Assembly: GCA_020720785.1 (NCBI GenBank)
Contig: DYOA01000012.1
Location: 924-64,923, forward strand
Length of the DNA stretch: 64,000 bases
Direction: 5' to 3'
From: Leptospira biflexa
Lineage (GTDB): Bacteria > Spirochaetota > Leptospiria > Turneriellales > DYLW01
Positions 8,322 to 17,803 of the stretch are shown here, piece by piece. Positions within the stretch are counted from its first letter, which is position 1; the number at the start of each line of letters is the position of its first letter. The notes under the pieces were generated by a model. That model was not told the origin of the DNA, did no database searches, and saw only the letters and a program-made list of their open reading frames with translations. The position numbers and the translations under genes were made by a program.

Positions 8322-9237
8322 AATCGTCCACTTTTTCCATGTATTCCCCCGGATTCATATCAATAGAAAGCACATGCCGGGCACCCATTCTCGTGATGTA
8401 TATTTCTTTTTTGTCATGACGAATCGCCCGGTATATGGCTTCCGAATGGCCGGCAGGGATGAGGGCATCGTCCACAGAGTGGGTTAGGAATACAGGAATT
8501 TTTATCTTCGCCGCTTCCTTTTCCGGTGAGACATCCGCAATCCGGAACGATGCCCGGATATTAGCTATATGTTCCGCTCCAAAGAAGAGAATGGTCATCC
8601 AGTTTCCATAGCGGTGGGTTGCCTCCTGGGTAAGAATGGAATACAGGTCTTTGTACGGAGAATCTGCCATCACAAACGCCAGCTCTTCCGGATATTCGGC
8701 TGCCGTCATCAGGACAATGGCTCCTCCCATGGAGCTGCCCATCAGCCCGATTTGGGAGGCGGGAAGGCCGGTTTTCACCCGGAGCCAGTCAATGATCTGG
8801 GCAAGGTCTTTCCGTTCATGGTATCCATACGTACAGAATTTTCCTTCGCTGTGTCCATGGTAGCGGGCATCCGGCATGAGAAGGTGACAGTCATATCGTC
8901 GGAAAATCGGCGCGTATTTGAGCATCCCAAAATTCCGGGAGGTGTGTCCATGCTGGAGGATCACGGCACATCGGTTGCTCCGGGAGGGGAAATACCAGGC
9001 GGATATTTTCAGCGTTTTTCCGTTATGATCCGTCACTGGAATGATATGCTGTTCCGGGTTCTTCAGACCAGCCTGTTCCGGGGATTTGATTTTCCGCAAC
9101 TCCAGTTCTTTTTCCATGGAATTAATCTCAAAGGAAATAATAATATTGGAAAAATACCAGGCTGCTCCCATATAAATAATGACGGCAATGGGAACCCCCA
9201 GGAGGATTTTATATGTGCGGGTATAACGGAAGTACAT
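8293..9237 (-). CDS. Membrane-anchored alpha/beta hydrolase (YqkD-like)
   Basis: N-terminal TM, HGH, DARYHGHSEG, nucleophile elbow GSSMGG, TH..DD and ARH motifs. Confidence 0.85.
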   Translation of the reverse strand: MYFRYTRTYKILLGVPIAVIIYMGAAWYFSNIIISFEINSMEKELELRKIKSPEQAGLKNPEQHIIPVTDHNGKTLKISAWYFPSRSNRCAVILQHGHTSRNFGMLKYAPIFRRYDCHLLMPDARYHGHSEGKFCTYGYHERKDLAQIIDWLRVKTGLPASQIGLMGSSMGGAIVLMTAAEYPEELAFVMADSPYKDLYSILTQEATHRYGNWMTILFFGAEHIANIRASFRIADVSPEKEAAKIKIPVFLTHSVDDALIPAGHSEAIYRAIRHDKKEIYITRMGARHVLSIDMNPGEYMEKVDDFMLRYRIFR

Positions 9238-9240
9238 GGC

Positions 9241-9780
9241 CTAATAGTGAATCAGGGAAAATGCTTTGGTATGGGAATGCTTTTCCAGCTTCTTCCTCCC
9301 CTGCAAAAAATCCAGTTCAATCAGAAAATGTACGGAGACAACCTCCGCACCGGATTTCTGAACCAGTCGGATGCTGGCATCGGCTGTGCCACCGGTGGCC
9401 AGAAGATCATCAATAATGGCCACTTTATCCCCGGCTTCGTACGCATCCTGGTGAATTTCCAGAGAATCCGTCCCATATTCCAGAGCATAATCTTCTCTGT
9501 ATGTTTTATAGGGGAGCTTTCCCTTTTTTCGTATGGGTGTGAATCCCAGATTCAATTCATGGGCCACCACCGTACCCAATATAAACCCACGGGATTCAAT
9601 CCCCGCGATTCCGGTGACGTTTTTATCAATTGTGGATACAAACCATTCCACCATTGTTTTCAGTAATTGGGGGTTCTGGAGTACCGGGGTGATATCCTTA
9701 AACTGGATGCCGGGTTTGGGAAAATCCGAAACATTCCGGATGGCTTTTTCAATGATTTCACTGTATTTCTTCTCTGGCAT
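9241..9780 (-). CDS. apt: Adenine phosphoribosyltransferase
   Basis: DFPKPGIQFKDITP, GIESRGF, RKKGKLP, YALEYG and IDDLLATGGT motifs. Confidence 0.97.
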   Translation of the reverse strand: MPEKKYSEIIEKAIRNVSDFPKPGIQFKDITPVLQNPQLLKTMVEWFVSTIDKNVTGIAGIESRGFILGTVVAHELNLGFTPIRKKGKLPYKTYREDYALEYGTDSLEIHQDAYEAGDKVAIIDDLLATGGTADASIRLVQKSGAEVVSVHFLIELDFLQGRKKLEKHSHTKAFSLIHY

Positions 9781-9809
9781 ATTTCCCTCTTAAATTTGAT
9801 ATTAAAATT

Positions 9810-10724
9810 TTAATTCTGCGGCAGTTCTCCCAGCATTTTTTTCCAGATGGGAAAAAAGCTTTCCTGTTCCACGGACAACTCTGTGTGGGTCAGATGAAAT
9901 TTAAACATGTAGTTTTTCACTTCCATAATGTGGCGATCTACTTCCCGGATAATCTGCTGGAATTCAGTTCCATAATAAAAAATCAGCCAGCAGTTTAATC
10001 CCAAGGCAAAAACATAGCCTTCATTCCGGATTTGGTTTTCAAAATTTTCCTTGATAATATCCAGGGCGTCTTCTGTATAAAAATCGCCAGAGGAATGGAT
10101 GAAAAGCTTGTAGTTTACAAATTTAAGCCCCACAACCTGGACGCGACCATTTTCTTTGATCTTTGTATTGACGGTGGTCCGTATATACTGGTCAATTTCT
10201 TCCGGATAAGAAGTAAATCTTTCATCCGGTAGAAAAATTTCCGGCAGATAATAATTTTTGAAAACCGTTTCCAACCGGTGCAGGATGCTTTCTTCTTTTT
10301 CACGGGCAATAAAGACCACCCCCAGAAGGTAGTGGTTATCCCGGAAACTGATCTTCTTTTTCCAAAATAGATGGGAATATGCCTTATGGGTTATTTCTGA
10401 ATTTTCTTCCAGTTCATTTTTATCTGTAAATTCCAATTCGTCATGGAGAATCCGGGCAACTTCCGGAAGCGGTTTGAACTGGAACATGGTTTTTTCTTCT
10501 TTCAGATCATAGATGAAAGCGTAGATAATTCCTTCATTCATGCTTTCAAATGTGATATAATAATCAAAATAGCGGACGGCTCTTTTTTTACGGAAATCCT
10601 GAAGTTTGGATTCCCAATGACGCAACAGATGGTACACCATCTCATTGTCAGCGGTATTATCCTGTACGCATTTCTTCAGATAGGCCAGGTTGATGGAATT
10701 AAAATCGCCGTAATTCTGTTTCAT
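9810..10724 (-). CDS. Hypothetical protein with a probable degenerate GGDEF-like C-terminal domain
   Basis: 304-aa ORF coupled to lipA (ATGA overlap). The C-terminal segment aligns by eye to the GGDEF pattern, with GLNCW at the signature position. Confidence 0.6.
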   Translation of the reverse strand: MKQNYGDFNSINLAYLKKCVQDNTADNEMVYHLLRHWESKLQDFRKKRAVRYFDYYITFESMNEGIIYAFIYDLKEEKTMFQFKPLPEVARILHDELEFTDKNELEENSEITHKAYSHLFWKKKISFRDNHYLLGVVFIAREKEESILHRLETVFKNYYLPEIFLPDERFTSYPEEIDQYIRTTVNTKIKENGRVQVVGLKFVNYKLFIHSSGDFYTEDALDIIKENFENQIRNEGYVFALGLNCWLIFYYGTEFQQIIREVDRHIMEVKNYMFKFHLTHTELSVEQESFFPIWKKMLGELPQN

Positions 10725-11593
10725 GGGGTGGATATTTTCCTTAAAGTGTTTTCCGCCATGTAGCTACTGCGCGTATACACGGATACCTCAACCCCGGAAA
10801 AATCAAGGGATTGGGCAAAAGCCCGTATTTCATCCAGCTCCGGGGTTTGGTAGTATTTTGCAACCGGTACATTCATGGTGTCAGGTTGAAAGTATTGTCC
10901 TATAGTCAGAATGTCCACCCCATTTTTTTTTAAAATCCGGATGGTCTCCCGGATTTCCTCCGGGGTTTCTCCCAGACCCAGAAGAAATCCGCTTTTTAAC
11001 AGAATTTTCTCAGCGGCTTTTTCCCGGAAATATCCGAGTACATCCAGACTACGCTGGAAATCTGCCTGCGGACGTATGACAGGGGAAAGACGTTCCACTG
11101 TTTCCACATTATGTGCCAGAACATGAGGATGGGCTTCCAAAATGACATCCAGATAATCCGGCCGGCCGTGGAAATCCGGGATCAGGACTTCCACACTTTT
11201 CCCCAGACCCCGGAGGTCCTGGATGATACGGGCGAAGTGTTCCGCCAGAAATATTTCGTCATCGTCCCGGGTCACAGAGGTGATCACTACATGCCGTAAC
11301 CCCAGAAGCAGAACGCTTCGGATGATTTCTTCCCGCTCCCTTTGGGATTCCCGGAATAGCGGCCTGCCTGTCCTGATGTTACAAAAGCGGCAGTTGCGGG
11401 TGCAAATATCTCCTCCTATTAAAAAGGTGGCTACCCCGTTTGCGGAGCATTCTCTCTGGTTGGGACATCGGGATTCTTCGCATACTGTGTGTAAATGGTT
11501 AAAATGAATATTGTGGACAATTCCTTTTCCGGAATTTTTTTCAGAAAGAAATGGAATTTTCTTTTTTATGGGAATATATTCAGGATTTCTCAT
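10721..11593 (-). CDS. lipA: Lipoyl synthase
   Basis: CEESRCPNQREC (CX4CX5C), CTRNCRFC (radical SAM), HNVETV, LTIGQY and RSSY motifs. Confidence 0.95.
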   Translation of the reverse strand: MRNPEYIPIKKKIPFLSEKNSGKGIVHNIHFNHLHTVCEESRCPNQRECSANGVATFLIGGDICTRNCRFCNIRTGRPLFRESQREREEIIRSVLLLGLRHVVITSVTRDDDEIFLAEHFARIIQDLRGLGKSVEVLIPDFHGRPDYLDVILEAHPHVLAHNVETVERLSPVIRPQADFQRSLDVLGYFREKAAEKILLKSGFLLGLGETPEEIRETIRILKKNGVDILTIGQYFQPDTMNVPVAKYYQTPELDEIRAFAQSLDFSGVEVSVYTRSSYMAENTLRKISTP

Positions 11594-12962
11594 TTTCCAG
11601 AGCTTTCTTCATGGAGGATTCCAGCAGCCGGTCGGTCAGCATGGATTCAAAATCTTCTCCGGAAACAATCAGGTTTTCCAAAGCGGATATTTTAGTCCGG
11701 ATCAGTGCCCGCCAGTTTGTGTAACCAGGAAAATACTGCGGTGCCCGCAACCGGACAACTTTGAACAAGGATGCATCTGCCTTGAGTCCTGTGAATCTCT
11801 TCAATTCCCTTTTCAGAATATCCTGTAATTCATCATCAGAGAATAAATCATGCTCTCCCAGAAGATAGGATTTAGTAAAAAAGGATTCCTTATGGTGATA
11901 TTGTGGAAATAAATTGGACATGAGGGTAACCCGGGACAGGGGGGATTTCTCTTTTCGCGGGATCAGAATATGACCTCCATCCAGACGGATTTGTTTGGCT
12001 GGATACACAGAACCGATGACGGAATAGGAATTGTATTTCATTTTTTTTAATTCACCGGAAAGCTCTTTATCCGCTTCTTTGATAATGGCAGAAAGATAAT
12101 CGGCGTCAATGTCCGTAAAAACCATATCAAACGGTCCGATCTTATTGTTCTTTGTATGCAATGTCCATGTTTTTGCTTTGGACGCAAGAGAGGAAATCTT
12201 TGCTGATGTAAATTTTGTTCCATGAATCTTCAGATAATCCCGCAGGCCTTTCATTAAACCGGGCATCCCTTCTTTCAGAACGATGGGATTATCGTAGTAG
12301 AAAGCTCTGGGTGTCAATCCATCGGCGGGAAGGGAATATGCCTGGGCAAGAGAAAGCCATTCATTATTTCTTTTCTCTATGGCAGATTCCACGGCTTTTT
12401 CCACTTTAAGATTTTGGTTGATATACTGATAGATATCCGGAAAGACCGCGGCAAATTCTGTGTTTTCTGCTTCTGAAAAAAGGAATCCACGGGTAAAGGC
12501 ACTGGTGAAATATTCGGAAAAGTTTTCCATGAAAAGCGTTTTTGTGGCTTCAAAGAAAGACATGGAATCCCAAAGAGAAAAAACCTTCTGGTAATTGGAA
12601 AGAGTCTTGATGCTTTCTGTTAAAAACAGGATGGAGTTAAACCGGAAGCCGGATTTGGATCGGGGAACTTTGGACGGAATAAGATCTTTGACAATATAAT
12701 TGGTTTGTGCATCTTTCCCAGCCTCCTGGGCATGGAGGGAAATCTCCGGTTCGCGGAGAATCAGTTCCAGAGCGGGATTCTTCTGGAATATCATATCATG
12801 GTGAAGATCTGCCTGGAATGGTCCCAGTTCGGTCAGATGTCCCGGATTTTGCGGGAGCGGGTTTTCAAAAAATTCAATGTGGGTTTGGGGATTTTTTTTC
12901 AGATAAAAATACGCAAAACTCAATCCGGAAATGCCGGACCCAATGATCGCAATTCTGCTCAT
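11580..12962 (-). CDS. hemY: Divergent FAD-dependent protoporphyrinogen/coproporphyrinogen oxidase-like protein
   Basis: MSRIAIIGSGISGLSFAY dinucleotide-binding motif, LKEGMPGL, 'GHILIPRKE' and 'PQY..G' resemble HemY. Start set at ATG 12962. Sequence is divergent. Confidence 0.6.
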   Translation of the reverse strand: MSRIAIIGSGISGLSFAYFYLKKNPQTHIEFFENPLPQNPGHLTELGPFQADLHHDMIFQKNPALELILREPEISLHAQEAGKDAQTNYIVKDLIPSKVPRSKSGFRFNSILFLTESIKTLSNYQKVFSLWDSMSFFEATKTLFMENFSEYFTSAFTRGFLFSEAENTEFAAVFPDIYQYINQNLKVEKAVESAIEKRNNEWLSLAQAYSLPADGLTPRAFYYDNPIVLKEGMPGLMKGLRDYLKIHGTKFTSAKISSLASKAKTWTLHTKNNKIGPFDMVFTDIDADYLSAIIKEADKELSGELKKMKYNSYSVIGSVYPAKQIRLDGGHILIPRKEKSPLSRVTLMSNLFPQYHHKESFFTKSYLLGEHDLFSDDELQDILKRELKRFTGLKADASLFKVVRLRAPQYFPGYTNWRALIRTKISALENLIVSGEDFESMLTDRLLESSMKKALENEKS

Positions 12963-13098
12963 GGGATAGGCAGAATATACAATACGGGGCGTAAAGATAT
13001 ATCCACGCATTTAATTCTTTACCCCGGATTCCGGAAAGGGTTTTTGTCAATGGACGGAATATTGCAATGGGAAAAACTGAAAAAGGAATGAAATCGAT

Positions 13099-13743
13099 AT
13101 GGAAATAATGGATACCCAGAAAAAGGGAAAAGAGGAAGATCATAAAAAATCCATCAAGGAAAGGATCAAAGAAAATTTTCTGGAGAAACGCCAGATTTTT
13201 TTATGGGGAGCCGTCACAGACTCCAGCAGCGAGGAGCTTGTGGAGAAACTGATGTTTCTGGAGAACCAGGATTCCACCAAACCCATCTTATTTTTCATCA
13301 ATTCCCCCGGGGGGGTAATTTCTTCCGGGATGGCTGTCTATGACGTAATGAAAATGATCCAGTCCCCGGTTTATACCATAACCATGGGATTGGCGGCTTC
13401 CATGGGAGCCATATTGTTCAGTGCCGGAGAAAAGGGGCACCGGTATATTTTTAACCATGGGAAAGTTATGATCCACCAGCCTTTAATCTCCGGGCAGATT
13501 ATTGCCCCTGCCATCGATATTAAAATCCACGCCGATGAAATCAAAAAAACCAGGATGGAGCTGAATCGCATCCTGGCAGAAAGGTGTGACAAAGAAATCA
13601 AAAAAATAGAAAAGGATACAGAAAGAGATTTTTACATGACCGGAGAAGAAGCCGTTCAATACGGGATTGCGGATAAAATCATTGCGTCCATCCAGGATAT
13701 TAAAATTCCGGAGCCCGCTGCCCCCCGTGGACGAACCCGCTGA
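13099..13743 (+). CDS. clpP: ATP-dependent Clp protease proteolytic subunit
   Basis: INSPGG, GLAASMG (Ser), MIHQP (His) and ERDFYM (Asp) motifs. Confidence 0.96.
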   Translation: MEIMDTQKKGKEEDHKKSIKERIKENFLEKRQIFLWGAVTDSSSEELVEKLMFLENQDSTKPILFFINSPGGVISSGMAVYDVMKMIQSPVYTITMGLAASMGAILFSAGEKGHRYIFNHGKVMIHQPLISGQIIAPAIDIKIHADEIKKTRMELNRILAERCDKEIKKIEKDTERDFYMTGEEAVQYGIADKIIASIQDIKIPEPAAPRGRTR

Positions 13744-13745
13744 AT

Positions 13746-14690
13746 TTATTTTCGTTCCAGAACCCTCAGAACCGCAGAGCGGGAGCGGGGGTTTTCCTCC
13801 ACTTCTGACGCTTCCGGGTATACCGGTTTCCGGGTGATCCGGATAAAGTCCCCGGGTATAAAGGCGGTTCGGGAAAGCGGATCATGGCTGGGGATGGTTT
13901 CCAGATTCAGAAAAGAATGCTTTACAATTCTGTCTTCCAGACTGTGAAAAGATATCACCATCAGCCTGCCTTTGGGGTTCAGCAGCAAGGGCAGGGAGGC
14001 CATCGCACTCTCCAGATGTTCCAATTCCTGATTTATATGGATGCGGAATGCCTGAAAGACTTTTACTTCCGGATGGGAAGACGTATGTTTTTTCCCCGGA
14101 TGGGGGGGGAGGGCTTTGCGGGTTATCTCCGCCAGTTCCCCCGTACGGAGGATGGGTTTAATCTTCCTATGTTCTGAAATCATCCTGGCCAGCTTTCTTG
14201 CCTGCGGAATTTCACCGTATTTCCAGAGCACATTACGGATGTCTTCTTCCTGTGTCCGTGCCAGCCACTCATGCAGGGGGATCCCCCTTTCCGTATCCAG
14301 GCGCATGTCCAGAACTTCATCGTAGCGGTAGCTAAATCCACGGGAAAAATAATCATAGTGCAGGGAAGAAATCCCCAGATCCAGAAAAATATAATCAAAC
14401 GTCCGTGCTCCCCAGATAGCATTGGAATAATTGCCCTGCTTCAGATGCACTCCGGATTCCGGAGGAAAATCCCGCTGCAAAAGGGAGATAATTTCCGGAT
14501 CTGTATCAGAGGCAAAAAATTCCCCCTGTGGGAATTTTTCTTTCAGGAAAGCCAGATGGCCTCCGTTTCCCGCAGTGGCGTCCCAGAAGGAAAATTTTCC
14601 CCGCCCATTTTCCTCCACAAAAGAGGCTATTTTTTCTTTCAGGATTGGGTTATGAAATCGTGATTTTTCCGCATCATGCTTAATGGACAT
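13746..14690 (-). CDS. rsmH: 16S rRNA m4C1402 methyltransferase
   Basis: DATAGNGGH, DLGISS, LDMR, FQAFRIHINQEL, VISFHSLEDRIVK and NPRSRSAVLR motifs. Start set at ATG 14690; the ORF track opens at 14717. Confidence 0.93.
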   Translation of the reverse strand: MSIKHDAEKSRFHNPILKEKIASFVEENGRGKFSFWDATAGNGGHLAFLKEKFPQGEFFASDTDPEIISLLQRDFPPESGVHLKQGNYSNAIWGARTFDYIFLDLGISSLHYDYFSRGFSYRYDEVLDMRLDTERGIPLHEWLARTQEEDIRNVLWKYGEIPQARKLARMISEHRKIKPILRTGELAEITRKALPPHPGKKHTSSHPEVKVFQAFRIHINQELEHLESAMASLPLLLNPKGRLMVISFHSLEDRIVKHSFLNLETIPSHDPLSRTAFIPGDFIRITRKPVYPEASEVEENPRSRSAVLRVLERK

Positions 14691-17223
14691 ATTCAAGCGT
14701 GGACTCCGAATCCTCATTTCCGGAATCCTTATCCTGCAGATCTTCCATGTCCAGATATTCTTTCTTCAGTTCCTCCAGTTTTTCCGGTTCCATCTGGAAA
14801 AAACGGAATGTGAGTTTATCATTTTTTACGCCCACATGTATTTCTGAGGGTGGTTTTATTTTTCCGGAAATATATAGCATGGCCAGATCATCTTCCACTT
14901 CTCTACGGATGATTCCTTTTAACGGACGGGCTCCGTTTGTCTGGGTAAATCCTTTTTTTACCAGATAATCCCTTGCCCTTGCGGATAACACAATGAACAG
15001 ATTATTGTGGAGGATATTCATATTAATTTCTTCAATGAATATATCGCATATCTCCGTGAGGTTCTCCTCCCGCAGATTCTGGAAAATCACTGTTTCATCA
15101 ATCCGGTTCAAAAATTCCGGATTGAAAAGCCGTTTCATTTCACTGACAATTTTGGATTCATTGTTTTCCAGAATGGATGTGTTAAAACCCAGACCTTTTC
15201 CTTTGGATATATCCCGAACCCCTGCGTTGCTGGTCATGATTATGATGGTCTCCCTGAAATCCACCTGGACACCCATACTGTCCGTCAATTCCCCCTCGTC
15301 CAGAATCTGGAGAAGAATATTCTGGATATCCGGATGGGCTTTTTCAATTTCATCGAATAAAACCACAGAAAACGGTTTTCTGCGAACAGCTTCTGTCAGA
15401 AGCCCACCATCGGTGTAGCCCACATAGCCCGGAGGACTTCCGATAAATTTGGAAACGGTGTGCATTTCCATAAATTCACTCATGTCAAAACGGATCAGGG
15501 ATTCCGGACTGCCAAAGAGATAATTCGCAAGCGTCTTGGCCAGTTCTGTTTTGCCCACTCCGGTGGGACCCAGAAAAATAAAACTTCCAATGGGACGGTT
15601 GGGGTCTTTGAATCCGGCACGGGAACGGCGGATGGCCCGGGAAATTTTTTCAATGGCTTCTTTCTGTCCCACCACCCGGGAGGATATTTCCGCTTCCATA
15701 TTCAGTAGTTTCCGGGATTCATTATCGGTGAGGCTTTCCACCGGAAGACCCGTCCATTCGGAAAGGACTTCCCGGATGTGGTCTTTGGTAATGGTGGTTT
15801 TCTGGCTTTTCTGGTTTTCCCGCCAGTCTGCGATTTCATTTTTGAGATTACTTTCTGAATGATGAATTTTATCGCGGAGGGATGCCGCCTTTTCAAAGTT
15901 CTGAGTGCGGACCATCTCATTCTTTTCTCTGGTGAGTTGTGAAATATCCTTTTCTGATTTTTTGAATTTATCCGGCAGACGGGATCTTTGCAGGCGGGCT
16001 CTGGCTCCGGCTTCATCCAGAATGTCGATGGCTTTATCCGGCAAAAACCGGTCCTGCATATAGCGGTGGGAAAGCAGAACGCAGGTTTCAATAGCTTCCT
16101 TTGTGTATTCCACATCGTGGTATTCTTCAAAGGTACTTTTTAATCCGGAAATGATCCGGATGGCATCTTTAACGGAAGGTTCATCCACGTACACTTCCTG
16201 GAAACGACGCTCCAGAGCGGAATCCTTTTCAATATATTTTCTGTATTCCTTGATGGTGGTCGCCCCAATGGTATGGATTTCTCCTCTGGCCAGTGCCGGC
16301 TTGAGAATATTGGCGGCGTCCACCCCTCCCTCCGCAGCTCCGGCTCCGATGATAGTATGGACTTCATCAATAAATAGAATGATATTGGGATTGGCCTGGG
16401 CAGCTTTGATGATCTTCTTGATTCTATCCTCAAATTCCCCCCTGTATTTGGTACCTGCTATGATGGCCGCAATGTCCAGGGAATAGATTTTCCGGTCAAA
16501 CAGCAGCTCTGGAATATCTTTTTTTATGATTCTCTGGGCCAGTCCTTCCACAATCGCAGTTTTCCCCACCCCGGCTTCTCCAATGAGAATGGGGTTATTT
16601 TTTGTTTTCCGGGAAAGAATCTGGATCACCCGTTCAATTTCCGATTCTCTTCCTATGATGGGGTCCAGTTTCTTATCCAGAGCCATCTGCGTCAGGTTTC
16701 TCGCGAAATCGTCCAGTACGGGAATCCGGGTCATATCCTTCCGCGGGGTCTCCGGACGAGGGGTGGCAGTGGAAGGAAAACCCAATGCCTGGTTGAGCTC
16801 ATTTTTTATGACAGCGTAATTGACGGAAAAAACGGCCAGGGCGGAGGAGGCGATGGAGGATGCATCCCTTAATATAGCCAGAAGCACATGTTCCGAACCC
16901 ACATAGTTATGCCTCATTTTCCTGGCCTCTTCCCGCGAGCGTTCCAGAAGTTTCTGGATGGCATCCTTTTCTGCTGGATCCAGAAGAAGAGTATTGGAAT
17001 CCACATCGCATCTTTTTTCAATTTCCTGGGACAAATCATAGAGATTGATATTTAACCCGGCCAGCATTTTGACGGCGATGGAGGATTCCGATCTCAGCAT
17101 ACCCAGCAGGATATGTTCCGGCCCCAGATAATCATGTCCCATTTTTTTTGCTTCCGCCGGTGCGTAATCATTGATGATTCGTTTCACTTTATTCGTAAAA
17201 TCCAGATCCATTGGTATAATCAT
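14680..17223 (-). CDS. clpC: ATP-dependent Clp protease ATP-binding subunit ClpC
   Basis: Two Clp-N repeats (GPEHILLG, GSEHVLLA), AAA1 GEAGVGKT, UVR coiled coil (QNFEKAASLRD) and AAA2 GPTGVGKT. Start uncertain (17211, 17223 or 17250). Confidence 0.95.
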   Translation of the reverse strand: MIIPMDLDFTNKVKRIINDYAPAEAKKMGHDYLGPEHILLGMLRSESSIAVKMLAGLNINLYDLSQEIEKRCDVDSNTLLLDPAEKDAIQKLLERSREEARKMRHNYVGSEHVLLAILRDASSIASSALAVFSVNYAVIKNELNQALGFPSTATPRPETPRKDMTRIPVLDDFARNLTQMALDKKLDPIIGRESEIERVIQILSRKTKNNPILIGEAGVGKTAIVEGLAQRIIKKDIPELLFDRKIYSLDIAAIIAGTKYRGEFEDRIKKIIKAAQANPNIILFIDEVHTIIGAGAAEGGVDAANILKPALARGEIHTIGATTIKEYRKYIEKDSALERRFQEVYVDEPSVKDAIRIISGLKSTFEEYHDVEYTKEAIETCVLLSHRYMQDRFLPDKAIDILDEAGARARLQRSRLPDKFKKSEKDISQLTREKNEMVRTQNFEKAASLRDKIHHSESNLKNEIADWRENQKSQKTTITKDHIREVLSEWTGLPVESLTDNESRKLLNMEAEISSRVVGQKEAIEKISRAIRRSRAGFKDPNRPIGSFIFLGPTGVGKTELAKTLANYLFGSPESLIRFDMSEFMEMHTVSKFIGSPPGYVGYTDGGLLTEAVRRKPFSVVLFDEIEKAHPDIQNILLQILDEGELTDSMGVQVDFRETIIIMTSNAGVRDISKGKGLGFNTSILENNESKIVSEMKRLFNPEFLNRIDETVIFQNLREENLTEICDIFIEEINMNILHNNLFIVLSARARDYLVKKGFTQTNGARPLKGIIRREVEDDLAMLYISGKIKPPSEIHVGVKNDKLTFRFFQMEPEKLEELKKEYLDMEDLQDKDSGNEDSESTLEYVH

Positions 17224-17292
17224 CGTTAGGAGTCGCCTTGTTGTCAACATTTTTTTCTTTCTGCGGGATGACGTTTTTTTTTTCTGGATTCA

Positions 17293-17802
17293 ATGAGTGC
17301 ATATACCGTCACCGGTTTCAAAAAAAAGAAAAAAAACAATATCCGTATTCTGGCCATTAAAGTGGTGGCCGGCCTTGTTTTCTCCATTCTGGTTTTTTTT
17401 CTGATCACCGGTTATTTTGTGGGGGTTATTTACCTGGAATCCCCGGTCATGGGTGACGGGATAAAAAAAAACCAGAAAGCCCTTCTTCTAAAAAAATTCT
17501 GGGAACCCCCCCGGAAAAAGGATATTATTCTGTGGCAGCCGGAATTCACTGCCCATTTGGCCCTTTGCCGGGTGAGCGGTGTTGCGGGAGATACCTTTGC
17601 ACTTCCCGGTGCCCTGGATGATAATCCAGCCAACAACCCGGGCACAGAAAAAATCGGACTTACCCGGTTGACCATCCCCCCCCGCCATTATTTTTGCGAA
17701 CATGACCAGAAGGTCTTTATGAATGATTCCCGCATGTGGGGTCTGGTGCACCATGACCAGATACAGGGAAAGATCATCTACATTTATTCCTCCGGGGATT
17801 AA
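17293..17802 (+). CDS. Signal peptidase I (S26)-like protein with altered catalytic Lys
   Basis: TM followed by ESPVM (SxSM box), KDIIL, CRVSGVAGD (normally KRVIGLPGD) and NDSRMWG (DSRxWG box). Confidence 0.75.
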   Translation: MSAYTVTGFKKKKKNNIRILAIKVVAGLVFSILVFFLITGYFVGVIYLESPVMGDGIKKNQKALLLKKFWEPPRKKDIILWQPEFTAHLALCRVSGVAGDTFALPGALDDNPANNPGTEKIGLTRLTIPPRHYFCEHDQKVFMNDSRMWGLVHHDQIQGKIIYIYSSGD

Positions 17803-17803
17803 T

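Noticed and set aside
8569-9666. 365-aa plus-strand ORF
   Set aside because: Antisense shadow of the alpha/beta hydrolase and apt, with no motifs. The same applies to other long shadow ORFs such as 7068-8270 (-) and 44667-45794 (-).
17274-17336. T10 run and A8-G-A8 tract as phase-variation or frameshift sites
   Set aside because: The reading frame is intact (KKKKKN before a TM is ordinary), and A/T runs are common throughout the window.
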